Source of the DNA: Cenococcum geophilum
Taxonomy: Eukaryota
Direction of reading: 5' to 3'
Length of the DNA: 64,000 nucleotides
NCBI GenBank assembly: GCA_050273025.1
Contig: CP158636.1
Coordinates: 1,116,001-1,180,000, forward strand
Shown: positions 1 to 10,465 of the stretch, one piece after another
Position numbering within the stretch: the stretch's first letter is position 1
How the letters are laid out: each line of letters begins with the position of its first letter
Made by a program: the position numbers and the translations under genes
Notes under the pieces: model-generated
Database searches by the model: none
What the model saw: the letters and a program-made list of their open reading frames with translations, nothing else
What the model was told of the DNA's origin: nothing

Positions 1-350
1 GATCGCAGTCACCATTTCCCGCTTAACACCCGCGCTTCTATAAGTTCGCGGGTCGTCCTTGCCTACCAGGACTTTGAGGGAGCCGAGCATGCTTAACATG
101 ACTCCCGTTTCGTCTATGTTGTATATATTCTCCGGCAGAATAACCGGGTCATGCAGTTCCTTTCCGATTACCTCAAACCAGTGTATGATCTTATTATAGA
201 TGATATTACCATGCCGATTATAATCTAGCGCCTTGACCCGTTTATGTTGAAGCTCAGGATGGCGTCATGGAGGGCCTGAGGCTAGTTCTTGCTAGGAGGT
301 GTGATCGTATCGTCGGTCGCGGGAGCCTGAAAGACGGAGGAGCGCTATTA
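1..350 (-). pseudogene. pogo/Fot1-like (Tc1-mariner superfamily) DDE transposase remnant, RIP-mutated, runs off the window edge
   Basis: Manual minus-strand translation gives RSSVFQAPATDDTITPPSKN*PQAL..RHPELQHKRVKALDYNRHGNIIYNKIIHWFEVIGKELHDPVILPENIYNIDETGVMLSMLGSLKVLVGKDDPRTYRSAGVKREMVTAI. This matches the GKNW / RHPEL / YNMDETG motifs of Fot1/pogo transposases. There is a TGG>TAG stop and a frameshift, and the N-terminal HTH part is missing. Confidence 0.85.
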
Positions 351-460
351 GTGCCCGGGTACCTTAAAACCTGCTGCGTACATTCTCTCTAGATAAATTT
401 CACCCCACATTCCGTTCGCAGTGTGGCGGTATAAAGCGTCCATAGGCAGAGTTCTGGAGG

Positions 461-1359
461 CTAAGAGTGATAAGCAACGGGAGGCCCTTGATTCGTCTCT
501 ACCTTTGGGATATTCATAATCCAACGGAGGAATAATTTAAGACCATCGATATTCTCATTCTCAAACGATATATGTTCGGTCTTTCGAATGATGAATTTGC
601 CGTTCTCGTAATATGCTTGAATTACACGTGCATTCCTTCCGGCGATTGAGTACACAAATACCTAGTAGCGCTACGTTAGTAAATACTAGTAGCAATTCTT
701 ATATCAATAAATACTAACTGGGACAATTTCGTGCTTTCGATACTCTTTATCCCGCAGTCTACCAGCCATTAAACATGCTGCCCAGCATACCTCGCTCCAT
801 CGCAGCCTGTTATCTGAATCAACTCCATCGGTGAGTAGGGTTCCAAGATGTGGTATCGACGGGTTAAGCGTATCAAAGACGCCCTTAGCATGGGATGGTG
901 GGTCCGTACGGCTACCAACATCGTTATACGCTTCAAATGGTGTATTATTTCGTAGGCTATTACCGCAATTAGTATGAAAATTAACTAAGACAACAATGTC
1001 ATCCACCTTCTCCAAGCATATTTACTTTGGCTTGCTAAGCCTCCACTATGGAAAGTTGTATAAATAAGCTGCCCCATCTGGATCGCTGCGAAGTAAACTC
1101 CAGGTCCATTCCGCCGTGGCCACTTCTCAACCATATTAAACATGGCGTCAAACTCCTTCTGCGGGCAGAGATCGCAGAATTGTGGACCAGAGTCAGCTGG
1201 TACGCCGGTTTCAATATTCATTGTGGCTACCTCAATGCCGGCCTTAGCTAGATCGTCGCTGCTTAGATATTGTTTTGGGTGACTTAGGAGTTCTGCAAAG
1301 AGATTGCGGACATGGTAGTAGGGGTGGTCTCGGTTATCTTGGGAGTTGGTCGTGGCCAT
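461..1359 (-). CDS. Hypothetical fungal protein, probably 3 exons
   Basis: Three ORF-track segments join through plausible introns: 662-718 (GTTAGT...ACTAAC...TAG, in frame) and a ~50-nt GTGGAT...CTAAT...TAG intron near 957-1006. The C-terminus (IVPVFVYSIAGRNARVIQAYYENGKFIIRK...LKLFLRW) resembles a recurrent uncharacterised ascomycete family. Confidence 0.6.
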
Positions 1360-1840
1360 GGTTAAGGAGAAGGTGGGCAAAGTTCCTAACTAATGTACCG
1401 TGCTTCTGGAGGAATGATTGGAGTCAACGTAGGTTTACGGACGTTGTTGTTCCAAAACGCAGACGCGAGCTGCTTGGCTGTGCTGTTTTAACTGACCTAA
1501 GGGTGAGAAGCCTGAACTAAAGGCTGAGCGCGTCTGTGCAAGGAGGGTGGCCGTTTCCGAACCCCCCCCCCCCCTTGGTCAGCCCTAAATAGTCCCGTTT
1601 TTAGGCTACAGTTATGTACCACGAAGCAGCAGAGAAGCCTACTCGGGGGGCCGCTGCTGGGGCCTGATGGTGGGCGGTGACGAGATCCCAGTGGACACTT
1701 CACGAAAACGAAAACGACAACTTCACATTGTTTATTATCGTAGTACAGCAAGACACAGCTTACAGCGTGGCGAGCTTTATTCCTATCGAAGATATACATC
1801 CTTGAACAGGTGCTTCAAGACTATCTGACTGTCGCCACCA

Positions 1841-3094
1841 ATGTCGAACCCCAACATCCTCATCTCTGGTTCCGGCATCGCGGGTAGTGTCTTCGCATTC
1901 TGGCTGCTCCGTGCCTTTCCCAACGCCAACATCACTATAGTTGAGCGCGATCCTTCCCTCCGCTTGACTGGTGCCAGCGTCGACATACGCAGCTCAGCCG
2001 TGGACATCATTAAATGGATGGGCGCAGAACAGGAGATCCGTACTCAAACTACAAACGAAGAGGGCATACAATTCGTAGAAGCAAATGGCAAGGCTGTGGC
2101 AACACTCAGAGCGACCGGCAGATCAGACATTCAGAGCATCACATCCGAGTTCGAGATCTTCCGCGGGGAGCTTGCGAAGATCTTCATCGATTTAATCATA
2201 GAGCGGGTGAAACTCATCTTTGACGAGTCTGTCGACCACTTTGAGCAGCGCGACGACGGAGTGGCCGTCAAGTTCGCAAAGAGCAAGGAAGTGAAGACGT
2301 ATGACCTTCTCGTGGCTGCAGATGGCCTTGGCTCGAAGATTCGCGGCATGATGCTAAACAGCCAACCGCACGAGCAACTCCACGACGAGGGCGTCCATGT
2401 AGCATATTTCACCATCAAGAGCGACCTGCTGCAGGGCGGCCGCCTGGCCAAATGGTACAACGCGACGGGTGGACGCGTTGTCTTCCTGCGCCCCGATCCC
2501 GATCCTGCTGGCCGTACGAGAGGCAATCTCATAAATGTGACCACGAGGGGAGATATTGAAACGAAGGAGAGACTCAATAAAGCTCTTCGCGAAGGCAATG
2601 AAAGCTACGTGAAGCTGATGGAAGAAATGTTCCGCGACGTAGGCTGGGTGGCACCAGAGGTGCTGCAAGGCATGCGCGAAAGCGACGACTTCTACTGCTC
2701 TCTGTTCGGGCAGATCAGATCACCCAAAATACACGATGGCCGCGTGGTCCTGCTTGGCGATGCCGGCTACGCGACACCCGGCTTTGGCACCAGTCTCGCA
2801 ATCATTGGCGGCTACGTCCTAGCTGGAGAGCTGTTGAGTCATCCTGGCGATGTCAAAACGGCCTTGGAGCGGTATGAAGAAATAATGCTACCGTTTGCAA
2901 AGAGTTCGCAGGGTGGAGGTAACGCGATGCAGCTAGTCAATCCGCAGACGCTATGGGGCATTAGAATCAGGAATGCGAGTTTAGGTTTCGTGACATGGAC
3001 GAAGCTAGATAGATTGGCGATGGCTGTAGCCTCGGCGCTGGGCTTCGCCGGGAAGAAGGTCTCCATGCCTGATTATCAATGGCCGGCTAAATGA
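1841..3094 (+). CDS. FAD-dependent monooxygenase / aromatic hydroxylase (FAD_binding_3 type), 417 aa, intronless
   Basis: GxGxxG Rossmann motif (ILISGSGIAG), DLLVAADG motif and RVVLLGDAGY motif are the three fingerprints of group A flavoprotein monooxygenases. The ORF is uninterrupted. Confidence 0.92.
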   Translation: MSNPNILISGSGIAGSVFAFWLLRAFPNANITIVERDPSLRLTGASVDIRSSAVDIIKWMGAEQEIRTQTTNEEGIQFVEANGKAVATLRATGRSDIQSITSEFEIFRGELAKIFIDLIIERVKLIFDESVDHFEQRDDGVAVKFAKSKEVKTYDLLVAADGLGSKIRGMMLNSQPHEQLHDEGVHVAYFTIKSDLLQGGRLAKWYNATGGRVVFLRPDPDPAGRTRGNLINVTTRGDIETKERLNKALREGNESYVKLMEEMFRDVGWVAPEVLQGMRESDDFYCSLFGQIRSPKIHDGRVVLLGDAGYATPGFGTSLAIIGGYVLAGELLSHPGDVKTALERYEEIMLPFAKSSQGGGNAMQLVNPQTLWGIRIRNASLGFVTWTKLDRLAMAVASALGFAGKKVSMPDYQWPAK

Positions 3095-3306
3095 GGATGG
3101 CATCCCTACTTACTCGAAAAGCAACATGCGGTTCTCCCCTCTTGTAACTGGAGTATGAAGTCGTTAGAAATGGGACTGCCATCGACAAGGTGTTCAGTCC
3201 CTGAAACCGATCTCGAATACTACTGTAGCACTCTGCTTTTACTGTAATATGTTGGAGACTACATGATTGGATTACCGGAGGGCGAGAGGGAAGGCGCCTG
3301 AGCACA

Positions 3307-3347
3307 GGGTGAACAGCCTGGGTGGTGGGTGAGCGGCAGGTGAATCG
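3307..3347. mobile_element. Probable terminal inverted repeat of a pogo/Fot1-family DNA transposon, followed by TA
   Basis: GGGTGAACAGCCTGGGTGGTGGGTGAGCGGCAGGTGAATCG|TA resembles, from recall, termini of the Fot1-like family whose transposase lies at 1-350. It sits exactly where the HET pseudogene is truncated. The partner TIR is not in the window. Confidence 0.5.
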
Positions 3348-3349
3348 TA

Positions 3350-4200
3350 CCTGAACAAAGGCGGCAATGCTGACCAACCCATTTCGGACGGCAGCAAAAA
3401 AATCTTATCTCTTAATACCTCAGGAGCTAGCAAAACCCAAGTCAGGTTTAGGGGGAACCCTACTATTTAAGGGCATTTATGTGGACGAAGTTAGTAAATT
3501 AAGCCCTCTCTGCTCAACCCATTTCGATGATAACAGCACTAAACCTAAGGGACATAATGACGATATTCATTCCCTGGTTTAAGGAATGTCGGGATATAGC
3601 AAAATACCACTTAAAGGACCCATATCCACACCGCCCAAACGGATCGCGTGCCGAGGCCTTCTGGCGAACTGGTCTTAGTGACCATGCAAGTGGGTTCCGT
3701 CCAGCAGATCCAGCCTACGCACAGTACTATCGTGCTGTGGAGCAGAACATGATTCTGCTCTTATCAGACAAGGGCTCTCTGCGACTGATCCTGACTTTGA
3801 TAATCGACTCGAGACAAATGCAATGAGAGTCTGCGCAGCCATAGGCCTTTCAGACCAGGATTACCATAATTTAAGCATCGAGAGCAGCAAATACTTTACG
3901 CCCGCCAGTCAACGTTTTATTGGGCGCAGATTTTGCGTTACACGGAATGGTTATATGAGACGGGTACCCCCAGGCACGAGATTGGCGATTCTATCCGCAC
4001 CTTTACGGGCGGAAGGACACCATATATTCTTCGTCAAACTTCCACGGGCGGACAGCCACCCCAAGACTGGAGAGGACTCTCAAGCTGAGGAGTCTAGCAC
4101 CTTCAGCTACATCCTTGTAGGCGAGTGCTACATGCACGGCATGATGGATGGTGAGATGATGAACCTAGGTAAATTAGTGGAAGATTTTATAATAAGCTGA
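3350..4200 (+). pseudogene. Heterokaryon-incompatibility (HET-6-like) gene, C-terminal remnant with frameshifts
   Basis: Motifs EAFWRT, GRRFCVTRNGYM..VP, GDSI..F.GGRTPYILR (in a shifted frame near 3978) and YILVGECYMHGMMDGE are typical of HET-6-like C-termini. The coding signal is split across frames and the N-terminal HET domain is absent. Confidence 0.8.
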
Positions 4201-4389
4201 ATAATGAGCCGTCTTTATGCCATCAATGTGAAGGAAATCCCTCAATTAGTCTCTTGGGTTTTAAGTTGCAAAAAAAAAAACTTATTTCTTGATTCAGGCA
4301 TCTAGAGGACGCTTCAGATTTATCATACCTTTAGAAAATTACCTTGAAAAGGTAATTAAGACAGTTCACAATAGAATTCATAATGAAAG

Positions 4390-5460
4390 TGGAACTCGTA
4401 CAGAGCCTCGTACAGAGCTTCGTGCAGAGAGCTTCGGTATCAAAACTTAAGGGGGGAACCCCCTTAAACCCCCTTCACTGCGTGGCCAATTCACCGCATG
4501 GCAGATGCACTGCCTAGCAGACGTTTTATATAGAGCACTAAGGGGGAGGCCCTCTTGACCCCATTTTCGTGCAGGCGTTCGTATAGGCGTTCGTGTTCAA
4601 CTTCGTATTTCCTACGATATAAGGTCATACACATTTTACACCAAATGTTGACGTATTTTAGAACAAGAGCAATAAAATTAGTATATTTAATTAATACAGT
4701 ATATAGTAATTTTTTAATATCATTTAGGCAATAGCATATTTTTTCTTATTAAATATATTAAATATTATAAATATAGTAAAGTTATAGTAGTTAATACTCT
4801 ATACCCTAAGTAAAGAATATCTTTTCTATAGAGTTTACTGATAAATTTAATAGTTGCTCTAGTGGTTTAGGTATACACATCCTCCCCCTTAACGCCTTCT
4901 GCCTCCCTCCCTCCCTCCCTCCCTCCCTCCCTCTCTACCTCCCACTACCCTCTATCTCTATTTTAGGTTAATTATCCCTTATTTATATATATAGTTGCTA
5001 ATACAAAGCTTAGGGAAACAAAATATCGAATAGGAAACAAGAAGAGAGGCGCAGAGGTAGAGACAAGGGCATAGGCAGAGATAGAGGCACGGGCAAAGTT
5101 GGGGGAAGCGGTTGGGGTAGAAGTAACGGTAGCTTTTATGTAGAAAGTATATTTTCTTTGCACGTGCATATACTATATACTATATACGTATAATATAAGT
5201 ATAAAATATATAGATTTTTAATACAAGATATATATAATATTAATTTAAAATGTATATAAAGTCTATAAGTAAAACTCCATAGCATCAAAATCTAGCTCTA
5301 AAATACATTAAATACCACCCCAAATCAACAACAAAAATCGACTCAAGATGCACCAAAGTCTACCCATAAAATGTGTCGACCATACACCGTAGAGATTTGT
5401 GTAGTCTTTCTAGTTTATTACTGCTGCGTGTTAGTAGAGCTTTTGCAGAGCTCTGCTCTC
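4390..5460. repeat. Degenerate copies of a 12-bp motif (AGAGCTTCGTGC-like); relic of a repeat-bearing element, interrupted by a MITE
   Basis: CAGAGCCTCGTACAGAGCTTCGTGCAGAGAGCTTCG at ~4400, further degenerate units at ~4565-4610 and ~5390-5455. These are the reverse complement of the unit in the 58810-59360 array. Confidence 0.5.
4615..5389. mobile_element. Non-autonomous Tc1/mariner-type MITE (~775 bp), RIP-mutated, TA target duplication
   Basis: Left TA|CGATATAAGGTCATACACATTTTA versus the reverse complement of the right end CGGTGTATGGTCGACACATTTTA, which is followed by TA. The interior is AT-rich, TpA-rich and non-coding, with a (CCCT)n tract. Confidence 0.65.
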
Positions 5461-5953
5461 AACCCTGAGCTCGTCCGCAAAGCTAGCTCTCTGCCTGAGC
5501 AGAATTTCTGGCGTTTTGTGGCTATAGCAACTGGCGCATTTTTTAGTTAAGTACAGCATTATTAAAAATTTCGCCAGGATCCTACAGGAACTGTATTAAG
5601 CATTTGGGGCGTTCAAGAGGTTTCGGATGAGGGATGGGACCTACTGCTCCCAACTCCATGGCATAACGCAAAACAAACATTCATGACGTCCTAACTCATT
5701 GGTGGGCATAATACGCTAACGATTGTCCTGAACGCAGTGACTCCCTAATAAAGTGACTCATAAAGTGACTCAAATCTCTTTTACCTCAGCGTTGGGCAAC
5801 CTGAGTCACCGAATGCACAGCCACAGGATCAAGCCACGTTCAAAAGACTCCCGATTTCCAATTGCGTTTCAGTGTCTTCTTCCTTATCTATCTAGTCTTT
5901 CATTTTATCAAAATAATAAACTCAAGATATACAATCGTTCTGCGAAATTGTTA

Positions 5954-6806
5954 ATGGCTCCACAAACTCGGCGTTCGTCTGGGAAGACCGCCGTTTCCAA
6001 GAAAACGACCGTGTCTAAGAAGGTCGCGGCGCCTAAATCTGCTTCCACCCAAACAAAAAGTAAGAGCACAGTAGCTTCATCATCAGCCGGGGGGATGGAA
6101 AGCAGGTCTATCTATTTCTGGCGCGAATATGGCCATGATTATGGTTTCTTGTCACAATGGTACGAAAGTGCGTGGGAACATGAGGGCACGACTTACGTCT
6201 CTGCGGAGATGTGGATGATGGTGCAGAAGGCGAGGTTGTTTGGTGATGAGGTTAGTAAACCATCGACTTGATTGATTGCTGTAAGCAGGACATGTAATAG
6301 TTCGATTTGTTCCCAGACAATCGCGCAAGCCATGCTTGAGACGACTGACCCGAAGGCGCATAAAGCCCTTGGAAGGAAGGTTGGGGATTTTGATCCAGAG
6401 GTCTGGGATCAAAGTGAGTATTGCCTTAGTTTTATGGCTCGAATTTATTTGAGGTTGACTTACTGTAGACAAGAATCGTATTGTCGAGGAGGGTAATTGG
6501 TATAAATTTACAAAAAGCAAAGATCAAGCAGGGGAGTTGCAGAAGTTGCTCCTGGCAACTGGAGATAAAGAACTCGTTGAAGTGAGTTACGCCCAAAACT
6601 AAGTGTTGTTCCCGTATGCTCATAAACTGGTAAAGGCATCGCCGTTTGACAAGATCTGGGGTATTGGGTTCACCGAGAAAGGAGCAGAGAAGAATCGGCA
6701 TAAATGGGGACAGAATTTGCTGGGGAAGGCGCTCATGAAGGTGAGGGATAGGCTCAGGGATCAGGAGAAGGCTGCTGGTGAAAAAACTCCGTTAGAAGAA
6801 GCCTAG
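5954..6806 (+). CDS. NADAR / YbiA-family (DUF1768) N-glycosidase-like protein, 4 exons (5954-6250, 6317-6413, 6469-6581, 6636-6806)
   Basis: Motifs YGFLSQWY, SAEMWMMVQKARLFGD, KALGRKV.DFD..VW, GNWYKF, ELVEASPFDKIWGIG and WGQNLLGKALMKVR. Canonical GT-AG introns keep the frame. Confidence 0.9.
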
Positions 6807-7991
6807 GGAGGAGTTGCGAGTCATGGACTGCTGTATTGAAGGTAAATTAGGATGAGGGCCAGAAACTATTCGGAGTTTATGTGTCGGTCAGAAGACGTTT
6901 ATGCTCTTCTTAAATCATTGAAGGAAGGATGGAAGGGCACAGAATATCATGTAAAGGCCCAGTGAGTGTAATTCCGAGATTCTCACTACTGCAAGTAACT
7001 TATTGAATAAATTGTTTCTCCGGCTTGAGGATGCCATACGGAGCTATTTTATGCCTTTTATTCTCATCTCAGACAAGCGGTTACTTCCCGCAAAGGCTCT
7101 TCCTTTCACCTTGATAAACGAGGTAATCTTGTGAAGATGAATGCTACGTTGGGTATCGGAGATTCATTATATTTCTGTTCAGTGATGACAATGTGTTCTC
7201 CGGTAGCATTATCGGCTCATCACGAACTCCTTAGCCTGAACCTCCTATGGGAAAATTTCCGAGGTACTCTCAGTTCCTCTCGCCCCATTGCGGAAGAGTA
7301 TTGCGTACAGGTCCCGTTGCCTTCGCGGTAAAGCTCGGTGGGATAATAAGACCGGTCCCTTCGCCCATCTGTAGTGTTCAGACCCATTCCGGTAGCCCAT
7401 CCTGCCACCCGAGCTTTCATGGCTACTTTGTTCGTGGTCCGTCCTTAGAAAGTAGTTGAAGACCGTGGGTACATTAGGTCTCTCGCACCAAGTATTAATC
7501 AACACGAAGTATCATAATTTCACCGCACTTGCGTATTACGGATGTTGGTCTGGCGGAGAATGTTCCAATATACTTGTAGTCCTTAGCAGGAGAAACTTAA
7601 GGCAGGCTGGCTAGACACGATCGCGCGCTGGAGAAACATGACAGCTGCAAATCCGTATCTTAGCTCGAAGATATTGGCATTGCGAATTCGGGTGTGCAAC
7701 TGATGCTGCTGTTCGGAATGGTAGTACGTGATGGAAAGGAGCAATATCCGGCTTTCGAAAACATCGATGGCTTGGTGAAGGTTCAAGACGCGGGCTTGAA
7801 GCCGAGAAAGGTGACGAAATGCGGAGGTGGCCCGTGCAGCGTTCGCTGGGTCGTCTTCGGGAATTAAGCACTGGAACACTTAGCGTTCATGGTATATTCC
7901 AACCACCTCGCCATGGCTTTGACGTTGTTTGTGTCTTACCTAATTTGATTGTAAATAGTTGAATTTTTCCAGAAGACATACTGTGTCCACC

Positions 7992-10171
7992 ATGATTACA
8001 TTTGCAGCGAACAACGAGTTCTTTCGAAAACGGAAGAGAGTTCACCGTGCGTGTAAAACATGCAAAAAGCGTAGAGTGAGCCAACTAGAAATCATGTTCT
8101 TGATCGTACTAATAATTACTCGTAGAAACGTTGTAGTCATACATTCGATGAGGATACGGAGGGTGGAAGCTCTTCGAAGACCGCAAACTTTGCTGCATTG
8201 GTTCCTACTTCTGACCAGGATACAGTTCAAGCAGGTCTTTCCACTGAATTACCAGCTCCAACTATTGAGGCCGAAGCTGACGATGGGATACTTCTGATAC
8301 TAAGCCCACAAAGTCACCATGAAAACGCTGGATCGACGACTCCTCCAAATTTTGTTGGCTACCTTAGTCCGGAGGCTGTTCTCCGTGAGAAAATCCATGA
8401 GCGTGGACAAGCTGCCCGTTCCCAGTATGTCCCGGTTGGGCAATGGCTTCAAGGCAGAGAAGACGAGAAAGACCCCGGCGTGGGTACCGGATCTAGAGCT
8501 TTAGCCACGCCCTTAACCCGGACTAGCCCTCGATCATCTCAGTCATCTGCAGTCCAACAAGCACTTCAGGCGTATCTAGATGCAGTAGGTGTTTCAATTA
8601 TACCTCCGAGGCGGCATCAAGATGCTTTGTTGAATATATATCTTGAATGTGTTCAACCACTGCTACCTATATTGGACCAGAAATTTTTCCAAGCACGCTA
8701 TGCGCAAGGCATGGAACCTCGCATGTTGATACAAGCAATATGTATCGTAGCGTCCAAACATGAAAAGGCCCGTCCTCATCTACTTCTTTCGGATGAACCT
8801 CAGCCCCTCAGCCCTCGGGAGTTTTCTCAAAGGTTATACAACTCTATCATCACTGCTATTGAAGCAAAAATAGAGGCAAACCGCATCGTACTGATCCAAG
8901 TTCTAGCCCTCCTTTCACTACATTGCGAGGGTCCAGATGGTGCCGAACAAGCCTCTATGCACTTAGCTCAAGCAATTCATCATGCTCATACATTCGGCCT
9001 ACAATTTGGACGTCAGTGGAAGCATTCAAGGGACTCTTCCCCGGAAAACTTGGAGGACCTCTTCTGGTGTCTCTGGAGCCTTGACAAAATTAATGCATGC
9101 ATAAATGGTAGACCACTAATTATGCATGACCGCGACAATGGCCTTGCGAAGCTACCTACAGATCCCGAAAGGCGACAGAGCCCTTTTGGCGTATGGCTTC
9201 AGATAGCAGAAATGCTGGATAAGGTGATTGACTTCTATCGACCTGGAGTTGACCCGGCTATGACAGGGTGGGAAGATGATTTCCTAGGATTCGAAGAGCT
9301 TGTTGGTGATGGAGAAGATAGACTGAATGGCCCAATGATAAGTACGAACATATTAGCTCTCGTTTAAAATAGTAGACAGTTGATACTGATTGACCCAGCA
9401 CTTCTCGCACTCTTCCACCACGCCGTAGCGATGGCCTCGCACAAGTCGTTGTCTGTCAACGACCCAGTCCGTTCCACCCAATCCTACATCCGCCAAAGCC
9501 TGTCCGCAACAAGAGTGATTTCAATCCTTAGTACTGAACCACATGAAAACTTGCCGCCATTACCAATCATTCCTTACGCACTTTCTCTGGCCATGTCGGT
9601 TGTCTACCGCCACTTCCGACAACGGAAGCTACAGATGCACAAAAATCGTGCGAAGGAAGAACTCAAGAGCTGTGTCACGCTCCTGAACCGGTTGAGGACA
9701 TCATGGTGGACGGCCGGGGCCATGGCAGATTTAGGCATGGCAGCTCTCAGCAATGCGGACCGGAGCAACAGACCAAAGCCAGCTCATATGACTGAGGAAA
9801 ACGCATCTCAAAAATCTGCAATGGCCAGCTTATCCCAGAATAATGACCAGCCTCACCAGACTACGATCGACAGCGCAATTGATCCGCGCCTCCAGGGACG
9901 GCAACTGACAATTTCTCCACGGGTGAGCTTCCACCTCGATACACTTCCACAAATGCCCGGGCAGCATCCCATCAGCAGTGAACGTGCCGAACAGCCACCG
10001 CTGAACGACTTAGACGTTACCGAATCCTCTCCAGGTTGGCTAAATTTTGATAATGCATTCGAGAATATAGATACTCTACTTGGCAGTGCTGGAGCAGATC
10101 TTTCGAATGAGCTTTTGAAGCCCTTTAATTACGAGGGGCTGGATTTCTTTGACACTGGGACCGGGTCTTAG
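7992..10171 (+). CDS. Fungal-specific transcription factor (Fungal_trans domain) with a truncated Zn-cluster N-terminus, 3 exons (7992-8075, 8126-9341, 9399-10171)
   Basis: Spliced N-terminus RKRVHRACKTCKKRR|KRCSH. Middle-homology region with QPLLPILD, AIHHAHTFGLQ and LFWCLWSLDKINACINGRP. Introns are in frame. Confidence 0.88.
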
Positions 10172-10465
10172 AATTTCGAAGCGTACGTAGCCCAGAGAGA
10201 AAGGATGTCACCCACGGTCTAGTCAACAGTCTTCTGCAACGGCCCCGGCATGATTCTCATATAATAGTAAAATTTCCGTAATGCAAGCAGCCGGTAACGG
10301 ATCGGGTAAATGGTATCTAATACGTCTCGCATATTCGCCCTGAACCTTTAAATGCAATGCCTCGCTCAAAAAATTTCCAGTCATTTAACATTACAATTGT
10401 CATTTCCAGCCCTTTTACTCCCTGGGGTGCTCCGTTTCCTCCCCTTGCTGCTCACTCCTACCCGA

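Noticed and set aside
1560..1590. Poly-C tract followed by CAGCCCTA, possibly a transposon end
   Set aside because: No partner inverted repeat or target duplication was found.
1..5600. Possible Starship boundary or cargo region
   Set aside because: No DUF3435 tyrosine recombinase (captain) or other Starship hallmark gene is present in the window.
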